From: Mustelus asterias
Lineage: Eukaryota
Assembly (NCBI RefSeq): GCF_964213995.1
Contig: NW_027590476.1
Coordinates: 1 to 64,000, forward strand
Length of the DNA: 64,000 bases
Reading direction: 5' to 3'
Part shown: positions 23,951-37,336 of the stretch, one piece after another
Layout of the letters: each line of letters starts with the position of its first letter
How positions within the stretch are numbered: position 1 is the stretch's first letter
Program-made: the position numbers and the translations under genes
The notes under the pieces: generated by a model
What the model saw: only the letters and a program-made list of their open reading frames with translations
Told to the model about the DNA's origin: nothing
The model's database searches: none

Positions 23951-26574
23951 CATGAAATATTTCATCATTTCCCGCGTCAGATATTTGAGCGCTTACTTAT
24001 TTTTCAATAACCCTCAATGGAGAAAATGACCTTTGTTGTAGCAATTTCCATTCAGTTGTCCCAGTGATAGCCTTCAATCCATTTCTGCCTTCTGTGAGTG
24101 TACAAAAACTCCAATCACTCCATGCATTTGAATTGAAGATTATTTAAAAATGTAATTATTTATTGATAACCGTGCGTTGTTGCTTTTGGAGTGATTTCAG
24201 ATAGTCTATTTCGTTCCCAGCATCGACTCTCATGTCTTTCGAGCTCAGTTGGAAAATTGATTAAATCACGTCGTGAATGAGGAGCGGATTACTGACAAAT
24301 GATTAACTCAACCTCTCACAGAAAGGCCTCACACAAAATTCGAACGCGCAAATGATGGCAAAAACGTTCCTGGGCTGTACTTGACAAGAGATAAAGACTC
24401 TCGGAATTCTCAGACTTCTTATTGCTATTGATGCAAAGGATGGAAACCTTTGCTTCTCGCCAGAGAATGTGCAATATTTCTGTTTCTACAAATTTGAACG
24501 TTACCTTTCCAAATCACACAGTAATCGCCCGAAATATTTTAGACTGATTGAACTCCCTGCAGATTGTACAATCTAGAAAAATTGATTTTAAAAATGAATG
24601 AGGATTACATGTAGCATAAAGAGAGACCAGACCTTGTGTAATGTACAAAGTAGTAGGGGCTGGTGTATATGGGCTGCAGAGATTCAAGGCGGCAGCTCAT
24701 CACCACTTTATATGGGTCAATAAGAGCAGGCAACCAATTCTGACCTAACCAGCGACGTCCACATGCTATAAATTATGAATAAAGACAGATATGCCAGTGC
24801 AATGGTAACATAAACTCTTCATGGGAGTAATATAAACCAATATTTGGGCTGCATGGAATAAGAGAGACTGGACCTGCTATAACTTTAGAATAAACAGAAA
24901 AGTTATTTGTGTGATCAGTAAAGAAAAGTACTTTGTCTAATAATAACAAGGAGGAGTCAAATGTACCAAACCAGAGATAGGTCCTTATTCTGAATTGATT
25001 GTGAAACTGTTTGCAGAAGTAATCGTAGAAAGTTAGAGTGCTAGAATTTGAATAACCGGCTCGAGTCTATCAATAACAGAGACTGTCGGGCCTGTGGACA
25101 GACTTGACGCTGATATAAGGAAACAGTGATTCTTATGGCCTTAACGCAGGTTTCTGTGTCATTGTGAGTGACATAGCGATTTGTGTGGTAAATACGGAGA
25201 GAAATGTCACGCCAAACGCAGGAGTGACTAACTCCAATCTGACTGAGGGTTAATATTCCCAAGGCGTACCCCAGAGATTTTTGATATCTGAGGCGACAAT
25301 GCTGCATCTGTCAGAGGAACAGAAAATCACCTGTTCCTTCTCATTCTTACCAATAGTTCCCCACTTACACAGACAGACAAATGTCCGATCCGGCATCTTG
25401 CAGAAAACAAGGTTTAAATCTTCAGCTTAGCACATGCGATGACTAAAATTTGAAATTTCAAAACCTCATCGGAGGAAAAACTGTGCATCAAATATGAAGG
25501 GTAATTGTGCTTTTTCTAAACAACTTATATCGTGTGTTATTCTGTTGAAAGCGATGATTTGTAAAGTGGAATGAATATCGGAATTGTTCCTGGCAATTAT
25601 CAACACACTCAAGTTCTGTTAAAAGACAGGATTGGCACAAGACGACAGCTATATAAATATTCTCTTCTATTAAGTCTCAGTAAAGGACGGAGATGGATAG
25701 AGAAAGGATGTTAAAATAATGGAAGGTAACTTATGCTATCATTTCCCGGCTTCAGAGAACAGAGGGAGCTCAGTGACTGATCCACTGACCATTCACTTAT
25801 CTCCTGCAATGGAAGCGCTAAATAGATCATAACAGCCTCATTTGTAATTGTCACAGCAAGGTGACTACTGTGACTCTGCCCTAACGCTGTGGACAGATAT
25901 CGGTTGTCTTGACAGATCTTCTCATCAGATTGTGGCCCCTGGATTTTTTTTCTGCTCAGAAGTGAGATGTGCGGTTTGGAACCGGCAGCAGAGAAACACC
26001 AAGTTGTTCAAAACAGCCGGAGTCAGTTTGATGTTATCTCCATGAACAGTCTTCCTGCCTGTGAAGGTGAACTCACTCTGAGAGCACCAAGAAAAAACAG
26101 AGAGATTACTGCCGCTCTCAGCATTACATTTACATCCATTCCAATTTTAAAGAATAAAACCAATGACAATATTTGGGTTTTAACACATTAACTGAAGGGG
26201 ACTTGGAGAAAAAAAAGGAAAATTCAAGCAATAATTTTGCTCACAGAGTTATTCTAGAACAGAAAAATGTAGATGTGTTAGGTGTTGTGTGGGGGTAAGT
26301 GAGGGGACAGGTAATGTGAGTGAAATAGTCTGTTTCTCTCACTGAATTTCCTCTGATGAGAATTTTGTGATTCATCTTTTCAGTGAGAAGGTACCTGAAG
26401 CAAAAACTTAAGCATTGTTTACTACTAGCTGCCAGATCCGGCAGGTACCTGTTTTTGTCAGTTGATGGACTGAGAGAGAGGGAGAAGAGAGGTTATCTGA
26501 TTTAGGTACAGTCTGAGACAGAGAGAGGAGAATACAAGCACAGTCAGTCATTTGAAAGATGCATTGCCTTATCA

Positions 26575-26850
26575 GCGGAAGGCACAGTGGTTCGCACTGC
26601 TGCCTCAAAGTGCCAGGGACCCGGATTTGATTCCTGTCTTGGGTCACTGTCTGTGTGGAGTTCGCACATTCTCCGCGTGTCTGCATGGGTTTCCTCCGGG
26701 TACTCCGGTTTCCTCCCAGAATCTGAAAGACGTGCTGGTTAGGCACATTGGTCCGAGCAGGCGCCGGAGTTTGGTGAATACGGCAATTTCACAGTAACTT
26801 CATTGCAGTGCTAATGCAAGCCTTACTTGTGAATAATAAAAATAAAATAA
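26575..26850 (+). mobile_element. HE1-related SINE
   Basis: tRNA-like head, conserved core, AATAAA tail. Confidence 0.75.
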
Positions 26851-27515
26851 ACATCTCTTTTAGGAGCGTCCAGGGCAATTCATTACCTTTAGGTATTGAC
26901 TGAGGCATAGGATCCATAAGTGAATACTCAATAAATTATCATAACATGCTTAAAGACAATTACAGTTAATTGCAGCTCACTTTTGTAAACAATGAAAAAA
27001 TATATGTTTCAGATGCAACCACATCCACACTAACACATACAAGTGCACTCACAGGGGTGGTATGGTTACAAAATGGCTAACACTGCTCTCTTACGACTAA
27101 CCCAGGTTCAATGTTGGCCTTGGGCGTCTGTCTGTGTGAGGTTGCACGTTCTGCCTCTTGGGTTTCTTTCTCGGTGCTTCGTTTCCTCCCACAGCCCAAA
27201 GATGTGCATCTTCGGTGGATTGGTCATGCTAAATTAACCTTTAGTGTCTATTTGCATTGCAACATTGAGACGTTTATTCAGTTCCTAAGTCTCTTTTGAA
27301 TCAGATCATGTTACAAGATTCACCCCAAGCTTCCAAACAAATATTACACACAATACGAGAGTGATTAGATATCGTGCACAACAGCTAATAGTCATTAAGA
27401 AGACGAAACGTATTTTTCCAACCAAAGGCGATTGACAGCTTTCACCCATACGCATATATAATATTTTTTTAAAAGTTAATATCCATCAAGTCAACTAGTT
27501 CTCTTTCTCTCCCTT

Positions 27516-27547
<32 letters not shown>

Positions 27548-28224
27548 ACACTAACTATCAAATGCATTTTGTAGAGAAGTAATAACTGAGACAGTCTCCG
27601 TTTTATTATTAGAACCCAATGTAATACAAATCGAGTCACACGTCCGTTTAATAGTGAATTAAATAGAGCCGAACACCATAATAACCGAGAAGGAGCCTAA
27701 TGGAACATAATGGACACTTTATGCAGATAAACAACACTCGAGAAATGAAAACTCGTAGTTTATCTCGCGGCATTTCCCCGTGTATTAATAAATGAAACTG
27801 CATAGAATGTAATGTGAATAGATACAATGTCTGTGACAATAATCTCTCAGAAGGAGTCAAATGTAGTATATAAAGAGGCATGGCCTAGTGCATGACTGGA
27901 TGCGACTCCACCTAAAGTAATCAGTGTCTAACGTAGCAATAACCGAGAAAGGATTAATTGGGGCACAAATAGAAGCAAGGCACTGTGCATTAATAAACTA
28001 AACTTCAGATCGCGTTATGAACATACGTACAGTGTTGGAAGAAAGATAAAATGAAACATGTCTAGTCCAGTCATAACTGAAACAATTCATATGCAATAAA
28101 ACGATTGCATGGTTAAATGCAGTAATAATTGAAGTATTCAAACTCAATAATTGAGTGTAATCAAACTAAACTCAATGTGCAGTGAAATATAAACGCACAC
28201 ATGGCCGCACTATAGCAAGTGTGG

Positions 28225-28505
28225 GGCGGCATAGTGGTACAGTGGTTAGCACGGCTGCCTCACAGCGCCAGCGACTTGGTTTCGTTTCCTGGCTTAGGTT
28301 CTCCCTCTGTCTCTGTCTATATTGATTTGCCTCCGGGTGCTCCGGCTTCCTCCCACAGTCCAAAAGATGTGCTGGTTCTGTGCATTTTCCATGCTAACCT
28401 CTCCCGCAGTGTACCCGAACAAGTGCCAGAGGGTGGCGACTGGGGGATTTTCACAATAACTCAATTGCAGTGTTAATGTAAGCCTACTTGAGACTCTAAT
28501 AAATA
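28225..28505 (+). mobile_element. HE1-related SINE, diverged
   Basis: GGCGGCATAGTGGTACAGTGGTTAGCAC head and the same body as 26575-26850. Confidence 0.7.
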
Positions 28506-30629
28506 AGTAAAAACGTAAAAAAAGTTCAGTTGTAGGTTCCACGGAATTATAGCCTAATTCAGTAAAAACAGTATAAGATCTGATGTTACAAAACCTGAGA
28601 GGATCAATTGCCGTGGTGACAGAGAAAGACTTGGTACAGTAACACCGCTCCAATAATACTCAAAGACTGCTGAGTGTTTCTGGCATGTTTTTTTTTTCAG
28701 ATCCCATGCATCTGCAGTATCATGTTTTTGCGCAACCAGACATTGGATGACTAAAAGGATGGTCAATAAAGGGACAGTTTTATGGATTGAGTTAAACGAG
28801 GAAAGTGAGATAAAGAGATGTAGTGAGGGAATAATAGAGTTTAAGGGCTAGGTAGGTGAAGGCATCACAAACAGAACGAGATGAGCGCTTTCTGATTGTA
28901 TGGACATTTATCCTATCGTTCCCGCAGGACTCATCCAGCCAATTGGAGAGAATCCCATTACACTCCTGACTTGTAACTTGTGGATGTTGGACAGGTTTTG
29001 GGGAGTCAAGAAGTGAGTTATTCGCCACAGGATGCTTATCAGGTGTTTTGATAATCTAGCCGAACAATAATCTGGTAATCCAGCATCCAGGGACTGCTCA
29101 GTGGTATTCGCGAACGTGTTTAAAATGGGCGATTCAGCGTTGGTAATGCCATTGAATGTCAAGGGGCAATTATAAGAAATTTTCATGTTGGAGATGTCGT
29201 TGCGTGTCACTTGTGTGGCGCAAAACGGTATTAATAATCATCAATTCAGAAAGAGAGAAAGTTTAATTGACCAATGCCGATAAATTCAATAGATTACTGT
29301 ACTTTAGATTACGATAGCATACTATATGCTATAACTACCATAATTTACAAAAATAAATCATTGTTTTCACTAATTATCATCAGTTCACAAACATGAATAA
29401 TTATTTCACCAATTACCATCAATTCACAAAGATAAATAATTATTTCACCAATTATTTTCAGAATTTTATTATATACGAAATGCAGTGGTTTATTTAATGC
29501 AATTTTTTGACATTGAAATGCATTGAGATCACTTTGGCATTTCTGTCACCAAGGAATTAATTCTGTCCCAGAACTCAGTGAGAAATGGAATTAATTCAGA
29601 CCGAGGACAATGACCAGCTACTCGGCAGCCTCTGCGCTTTATTGGCAAGTAATACCCTCACCATCAGACAGAATCTCCTGATATATAACTGGAGCGTGTG
29701 ATCATTTTGAAAGTGACAGGATGAGTGGAAAAAAAACCCTGTACATTAGACTAGGTTGTTGATTCTTAAAATCCCGACTAATTGTTAAACTATTTGGGAA
29801 TGTTTCTATTGCCACTGAGGATATGCTCAATGATTTGTTGCACATGAAAGGACCACAAGTTCCAAATATATGGCCTCCTTAACCTAATAATTTTCCCTTA
29901 TTTTTATCTTGGAAATGAATATTTTCACTATCAGTAAAGAACCATCAGTCCCGCCGAAAAATCTCCTCCATCTCTTAATGAATGCTAGCTCCCGATAACC
30001 TAGGGATGGATTTCACCCAGAAAAAACTGGATGAGTGGAAGGTATTAAACAGACACAAATAGAATAAAGGAGCTGCTTCAACTTATGAGGTAGTCAAGTA
30101 CAAATATGGGAATGTAGAACACCATCTTTCAGGGACATCTACCGACGCATCCATCAATTAATTCACTGATTTCTCAATTCAGGTTTTCAGGCACCCAACT
30201 ATCTTTCATTCCTGCATCAACGCAATCATCCGTTTATTTTTTTGGGTTGATGGTGGCGTAATATTAATGCCATTGGACGTAATCCAGAGGCTCAGATCAA
30301 TGATGTGGGGATAGGGGTTTAAATCCGACAGTGGCAGCTGGTGAGATTGAAATGAAACAATCTGGAAGATATACCGATGGTGACCAGGGAATCCTCTCTC
30401 ATTCCCCAATGTAGAAAATCCGCCATCCCTACCTGCTCTCACCAAGACGTGCCTCCAGACGGACCACAATATGGCTGACCCTTCAATGTCTTATGGCATG
30501 CCGTAGCAAAGCGCTCAATTCATGAACAGTTAGGGGCAGGAAAGGAATATTGGTCTTGACAGTGATCCCACAGCCCCTGAAAACAAAGGGAGAAAAAAAA
30601 CCCAAATATGCATGTTTACGCATTACAAC

Positions 30630-32100
30630 AGCTATAGAAAACCTTGTGTAGGCCGTACTTGGAGTACTGCCTGGAGTTCTGGTCACCACACTACTAGAAG
30701 GACGTGGAAGCTTTGAAGAGAGTGCAACGAAGTTTCATCACGATGTTGCCTGGTCTCGAGGGTGTTGCCTATGAGCGGAGGTTGAATAAACTGGGATTGT
30801 TTCCGAGGAAAATGCAACTGGTTTGATCAGTAAGTTTGCTGATAACACAAAGGTTGGTGGATTTGCAGATCGTGATTAGGACGTTGAGAGGATACAGGAG
30901 GACATAAATCTGTTGGAGACTTAGGCGGAGAGATGCAAGATAGAGTTTACTCCGGACAAATATGAGATAATGCGTCAAGAAGGCATACAGCATGCTTACC
31001 TTCATCGGTCGGGCCATTGAGTTTAAAAATTGGCAAGTCATGTATAAAAAAATCCAAGTGTATAATAACCTGTGCTCATAGCCAACACCATCGAGACCAG
31101 GCATGTTGCAACTTTATAGAACCTGAGTTAGGCTGGATTTGGAATATAGTGTTCAATGCTGGTCACCACACTACCAGAAGGATGTGGAGGCTTTGGACAG
31201 TGTACAGAATAGATTTAACAAGATGTTGCATGGTATGGAGGGCATTAGCGATGCTGACAGGTTGGAGAAACTTGGTTTGTTCTCACTGGAACGACGGAGG
31301 TTGAAGGGCGATCTCATAGATGTCTACCAGATTACGAGGGGCGTGGACAGAGTGGATAGTCAGAAGCTTTTTCGCAGGGTGGAAGAGTCAGTCACTGGAG
31401 GTCATAGGTTTGACGTGCGAGGGGCAAGGTTTAAAGGCGATGGACCGGGCAACTGTTTTACACAGAGGGTGTTGGGTGCCTGGAACTCGCTGATAGGGGA
31501 GGTCGTGGAAGCAGATACGACAGGGGCGCCTTGACAAATGCATGAATAGGATGGGAATAGAAAGATACGATCCCCGGAAGGGGGTGTTTAAGTTCAGTCT
31601 GGCAGTATGGTCGGTGCAGGCTTGGAGGGCCGAAGGGCCTGTTCCTGTGCTGCAATTTTCATTGTTCTTTGTTCTTTGTTTTCACTGGAAAGACGGAGGC
31701 TGAGGGGAGACCTGATAGTGGTGTACAAAACTTTGAGAGACATAGACATGATGGATAGTCAGAGGCTGTTTCAAAGGGTGGTAGTGTCAATTACAAGGGG
31801 GCACAGGCTCAAGGTGTAAGGGTGAAAATTTATGGGAGGAATGCACGGAAAGTTTTTCAGGCAGAAAGTGCTGGGTGCCTGGAACCCGCTACCAGAGCAG
31901 ATGGTGGAAGCAGGCACATTCGCATCATTTAAGAGGTAACTGCGTGGGTACATGAATATGGAGGAAATAGAGGGGTACAGACCAAGTAAGGGCAGAAAGT
32001 TTCTTCTTTTGTTTTTTTGGGACATTATAATCGGCACAGGCTTGGAGGGCCAAAAGGCCTGCTCCTGTACTGCAATTTTCTTTATTCTTTGTTCTTTTTC
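30630..32100 (+). mobile_element. Rearranged cluster of CR1 3' fragments
   Basis: Several partial copies of WSPHYQKDVEAL...LFSLERRRL...FTQRV with TTCTTTG tails. Confidence 0.8.
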
Positions 32101-32290
32101 TTTAACATCAGTCCTCTCTTTGAGTCATCTCTCACAGTCTACCTGTATTTCTTTTCAACCAACCATCGCAATGTCCTGATGTGTTGGTGAGATCATCATT
32201 GTTGCTAACAATGTGCCAGAGAACCTGGTTAACTTTCCTGTCCTGAGAAATGGGAACAGTTTAAAAAAGTTTACAACTTGATAAAAGTAA

Positions 32291-32632
32291 CACAGTGGTT
32301 AGCATAGTGGTTAGCACTGCTGCTTCACAGCTCCAGGGACCTGGGTTCGATTCCCGGCTTGGGTCACTGTCTGTGTGGAGTTTGCACATTCTCCTCGTGT
32401 CTGCGTGGGTTTCCTCCGGGTGCTCCGGTTTCCTCCCATAGTCCAAAGATGTGCGGGTTAGGTTGATTGGCCACGCTAAAATTGCCCCTTAGTGTCCTGA
32501 GATGCGTAGGTTAGAGGGATCAGTGGGTAAAGTATGTAGGGATATGGGGGTAGGGCCTGGGTGGGATTGTGGTCGGTGCAGACTCGATGGGCCGAATGGC
32601 CTCTTTCTGTACTGTAGGGATTCTATGATTCT
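32291..32632 (+). mobile_element. HE1-type SINE, young
   Basis: High identity to 1606-1950. Confidence 0.85.
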
Positions 32633-33194
32633 AAATTGCCTCCAGTCTTGTTGCTAGGTAGATTTGTTTATGAATATTCCTCATTGATACTGTTAAGAAT
32701 TTGACGTTTGCACCCAACATTCTCTGCCTGAAAAACTTCCCCCACACATCTCCCTTAGACTTTACAGACAAGCGGTCAGTACTGAGGAAACAAATCTTTG
32801 ATTTGCAAGTATAAACACCACCAGATGTTTCCTGTGAATAACTTTGGGCGTTTGGCAACCGGCTGGATTGCTGCTAAATGCTGTGTGGGGCAGATGAGCG
32901 TGAATTGAATTGACCCTGCATTGTTGCAAAATAGACGGATGGTCTCTTTATTCTCTGAAAACGTAATTCAGTTTAGTTTTATCTGCTTGCTAAAGGGTGC
33001 GGAAATTAAATAATTACATTTACAATAGAATCAGCGTTTTTAAAGCAGAGACGATTAACTGCAATATCACCATTAGAAATGGGACATTACAATGAATCTA
33101 TTCAGTCAAACCAATTTCCCTACACCAATAAAAGGTCAATTTTAATAACAATGCATTGTAAATGTCAGAGTCCATTCTGTTGGGCGCATGGAAG

Positions 33195-33275
33195 ATGGGA
33201 CGTGGATCCAATCGCCGCCTCCACCAGGGAATCAAAAGGCTGGAAAGTCGCGCCCTTCAGCCGGGTATTTAAATG
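33195..33275 (+). promoter_or_regulatory. Putative IgH VH promoter
   Basis: GGACGTGG and CCAAT motifs plus TATTTAAAT about 95 bp upstream of the leader ATG; no ATGCAAAT octamer here. Confidence 0.45.
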
Positions 33276-33364
33276 CCGCTCACTGGGACCGGAATACAAC
33301 AGTCCGGGAGCTGGTTTGTTCACTGAGTTCCTGACACAACCATTTCCCCCTAATGACCAGAAGG

Positions 33365-33578
33365 ATGAGGTCGACGATATCTCTCAGTTTGTTGCTGACT
33401 TTCTTATCCGGTGAGCAGATTTATTGTCCAAGCCTCTCACTGTTACTGTCTCATTGTTATTTTATCTATGGAATGTTGCAGAGTCAGCAATCATTTCACC
33501 AGGGTTAATCCTCGTGTTTTTTGATATATTTGTACAGGTGTCCACTCGGAGATTATGTTCGCTCAGCCAAAGGCAGAG
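33365..33578 (+). pseudogene. IgM VH leader exon (33365-33410) and truncated VH exon (33538-33578)
   Basis: MRSTISLSLLLTFLS|GTGAG, then TTTGTACAG|GVHSEIMFAQPKAE, matching the shark IgM leader and FR1 start; sequence then switches to a repeat. Confidence 0.85.
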
Positions 33579-34012
33579 AGGCATCGCTGAGAAGAAACTG
33601 ATAGCCACGTTCCGCACACACCAGGACGGCCTCAACCGGGATATTGGGTTCATGTCACACTATTTGTAACCCGCACAGTTGCCTCGACCTGCAGAGTTTC
33701 ACTGGCTGTCTTGTCTGGAGACAATACACATCTTTTTAGCCTGTCTTGATGCTCTCTCCACTCACATTGTTTTGTTTCTTAAAGACTTGATCAGTTGTAA
33801 GTATTCGCATTCCAACCATTATTCATGTAAATTGAGTTTGTGTCTTTATATGCTCTGTTTGTGAACAGAATTCCCACTCACCTGAAGAAGGGGCTTAGAG
33901 CTCCGAAAGCTTGTGTGGCTTTTGCTACCAAATAAACCTGTTGGACTTTAACCTGGTGTTGTTAAACTTCTTACTGTGTTTACCCCAGTCCAACGCCGGC
34001 ATCTCCACATCA
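33579..34012 (+). mobile_element. Penelope-like element 3' fragment
   Basis: IAEKKLIATFRTHQDGLNRDIGFMSHY* C-terminus; 3' region with hammerhead-like motif and ACCCCAGTCCAACGCCGGCATCTCCACATCA end. Confidence 0.75.
33874..33918 (+). ncRNA. Minimal type I hammerhead ribozyme motif
   Basis: CAC-CTGAAGA-A-GGGGC(TTAGA)GCTCC-GAAA-GC-TT-GTG: core boxes, helix II, helix I CAC/GTG, palindromic AGCT in place of helix III. Confidence 0.6.
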
Positions 34013-34285
34013 CGTTCTCTTTTAATCCAATGAATATATGTCATTCAGATAACAGCAGAATGTATTCTTATTATGCCGGGATAGAAACGGAGAAAGATAT
34101 GTGAGTTTCTATAGGGGACAATCAGTGCAGAAACCTAAACGATAGAAGTAGTAGAATATCAAATTGAAATTTGAAAACGAAGCTGTGAAGATAGGATCAT
34201 AATTGTAGTCGAATTATTAATTCCTTGATTTCTTATTGAACAGAATAACAGAGTGTAATTTGTTCAATCGGTCATTCTTTGCTCG

Positions 34286-34583
34286 CACCGCCATCTCCGC
34301 CTACTCTCTACAGCCTGGTCTCCTGTCAGCAACGCAAGTCCGACGGCTCCATCACCTATGGCTGTTTGGCGATGGGCTACTCTCCAGAAATCACCAGCCT
34401 GACCTGGAAGAAAGAAGGGCAGCCGATCACCACTGGATTTAAGACTTACCCATCAGTCAGAAACCATGATGGGAACCTCCTCCCTGAGCAGCAAGTTAAC
34501 CATCACTGAGTCAGGGGGAGCATGCAGCAAAATTAACTGTGAGGTTCGACACAGCGGATCAGACCATAGCATTGAAATGCAAT
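34286..34583 (+). pseudogene. IgM Cmu1 exon (frameshift, acceptor AG to CG)
   Basis: [15 protein letters not shown]...[38 protein letters not shown]; frameshift near 34470; continues [11 protein letters not shown]...INCEVRH. Confidence 0.9.
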
Positions 34584-34793
34584 GTAAGTATTGAGGATCC
34601 TGGGAAGAACAGAAACACTGTTATTAAACTGTATAGAGCCTTGGTTATAACACATATATAGAAATCTCTAGTCCTACTCCATGAAAAAAACGACTCTGGT
34701 GTCGCCTGACGGCAAATAAATTGTCAAAATATAAGTAATTTTATTTGTTATCAAAACATTCTACAAGAAATGACTAACATGTGTTTCTTGAAG

Positions 34794-35105
34794 GTCCGAC
34801 AGATGACATCCCTCCAACCGTTATGCTCACCGTGAGCTCCAGTGAAGAAATCACAAGCAGCAAAGTTGTAACCATCGACTGTTCAATCGTCGGTTTCTAT
34901 CCAAAGTCAGTGGCGGTGAAATGGCTGAAGAATGGACAACCCATGGATTCAGGAATTATCACCTCTCCCGCCTGCAAAGTGAACGGGAACTCCTCGGCGA
35001 GCATGCGGCTGACAGTCTCCGCTCAATGGTTCAGCAAAGCGGTTTACACCTGCCAGGTCACTCATCAAGAACTCACCCGAATTCGGAACATCACCAGCTC
35101 TTTGG
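34794..35105 (+). pseudogene. IgM Cmu2 exon (open, splice sites intact)
   Basis: [11 protein letters not shown]...[19 protein letters not shown]...YTCQVTH; AG/GT phase 1. Confidence 0.9.
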
Positions 35106-35712
35106 GTAAGAGGCACCGACCATCAACCAATAAATCATTGTGCAGTCCGATGTTAATGAACATCAGGAATTCATTGAAGTTAATCCAAAGCACAGGACAA
35201 CTTCTAATTTACTGCCATGTATTTCATTCTGATTTAAGAACTGCATTCGGATTGTTCAACATTTAGGATTTTATCTGAACAGGAAATAATGTTTCCCTCT
35301 ACTTTGATATCATATAGTGTGTAAGGTGGACTTGACGTCAGCTTTGGCCTGAGGCATCTCAGAATATTTAGAGAGAAAGAGAGAGTGTGCCTGACATCAT
35401 TTTTCAGGTAACAGATTCAGGATAAAGAGTTGAAAAGTGTATCCCGTCTATTCAGTGTGTTTTCCTGAGATCAGGAATTGTATATTTGTATTGGGAATGG
35501 TGCAATGTTTATTCATTAGAATGAACGAGTTTAACGATGAGAATAGTTTTCACAGGCCAAGCTGATATTCCATTGTCTATAGAAGATAAAAGGCGACAAT
35601 TAGAGTTTGATATCTGGAAGTTGATTTATTCCCATTTAGAGAATGAAGGCTGAATAATTCTGTTATGATTCTGAAGAGGGAACTGGGGTTGAATTTCAGT
35701 ATCTATTCACAG

Positions 35713-36021
35713 ATTGTTCCCACTGTACTCAGTCCACAGTGACAATACTGCCACCGCGAATGGAACAGGTGTTACTGGAGGCGACTGTAACATCAACCTG
35801 CGTCATTTCTGATTCTCCTTATGGAGTCAGCGTGTCCTGGATCCCAGAAAAGAAGACTTTGAAAGCAGAGATTGCCGAAAAGCCTGGAGAGGATCCTGAC
35901 AGCGTGCTCAGCAATTTAAACATCTCGACACAAGCCTGGCTGAGTGGGGCTGTGTTTGATTGCGTGGTGAGCCATCAGGATCTGCCGACTCCTTTCAGAA
36001 ATTCCATCCACAAGAAAGAAG
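35713..36021 (+). pseudogene. IgM Cmu3 exon (open, splice sites intact)
   Basis: [24 protein letters not shown]...VSVSW...[20 protein letters not shown]; AG/GT phase 1. Confidence 0.9.
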
Positions 36022-37336
36022 GTGAGTGGAGAGTCATTGTGCCTACTTCCAGTGTAAGTGTCAAGGTGAATATTTAATATTCGGTGCATTTCAGGTCTAC
36101 CAGAATTGGTAATTCCACTAACTAATCACTCTGGGACTGTAGAATTTGTATTGAGGAAATTGAGAAGTAGATGAAAGAAAATGAACTGAAGGGGTTTTTT
36201 TTACATAAAAACTTCCTTGTAAAAAATGACTTTCAACATTTTTTCCCCAAACTTCCTGCAAGTTTACTCTCTCTGGAAGATTTTTGTTCAATTTTGGGTT
36301 TAGGTGGAGTAAGACCATGCACCAGACAACGTAAGAGCAGAAGTAAGCCACTTGGTCCTAGACAAGCCCATTCTGGCATGCAGGAAAATCCTGGTTGATC
36401 TGACATTGTAATACTCCATTCTACTTTCCCGCCTTATCCCCATAACCCTTGATTCCCTGACTGATTACAAACATGTCCATATCAGCCTTGAAAATACTTA
36501 ACGACCCAGCCTCTGCAGCCCTCTGCGATAAATACTTCCTTAGATTCGCTACCATCTGAGAGAGGAAATTCGTCCTCATCTCTCTCAACAATGGGCGACC
36601 CTTTCTCTGAGATTATACACTCAGCTCCTGGACTCTGCCACAAGAGGCAAAAAAACAGTAAGAGGGTTGTTCCTCTGATCGAAGGAAAGATATACTGGCA
36701 TTGGAAACAGTCAAAAGAAAGTCCACTAAGTTCATCACGGGTAAGGGAGGATTTTCTTATGATGAGAGGAGAGATACGTTTGTCCTGTGCTTATTGGACC
36801 TTACTGAGACATGTAGGACTCTCGGGAGTCTTGACACGGTAGATGCTGATAGGTCTCCATTTTCATCTTTTTGATCTGTCCAGTTTCCCAGCTCGGAGCG
36901 GAGATGGATACACTTTTCTCTGGGAAATTAATGGGTTGGATTAGGAAGTTTCAGTAATTTACAGCACAGAAACAGGTCATTTGACCCTACTGCTCTATTT
37001 TTAACCTCCGTACCAGACTCTTCTCATCTTCTCCCAGAGGTTCAAGGGAAACAAATAAATGTAATGTACTTGGATTTCCCAAAGCCTTCAATAAGGAACT
37101 GCACTGAAGGCAATTTAATAAGAAAAAAAACCCTTAGTGCTGGTGGTAGTATATCAGCATGGATAGACAATTGGCTAACTAACAGAAGACAGAGAGTCTG
37201 GATCAGGGTAACATTTCAGGCTGGTAAACTTTAACCAGCGGAGTGCCACCGGTACTATTTCTCTAACATCTGGCTCGCCGTTTCATTGTGTCCGGAATTC
37301 TCCAGTTTATTGACATTTATTCTACATTTTCGGCAG

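Noticed and set aside
25149-25190. GGTTTCTGT nonamer-like sequence suggesting a D or J RSS
   Set aside because: No acceptable heptamer at the right distance and no coding segment.
25845-25995. TACTGTG heptamer and an FGTGS J-like motif
   Set aside because: No nonamer at 12 or 23 bp spacing, no LTV continuation or donor; TTTGGAACCGG also occurs in non-coding DNA near 57871.
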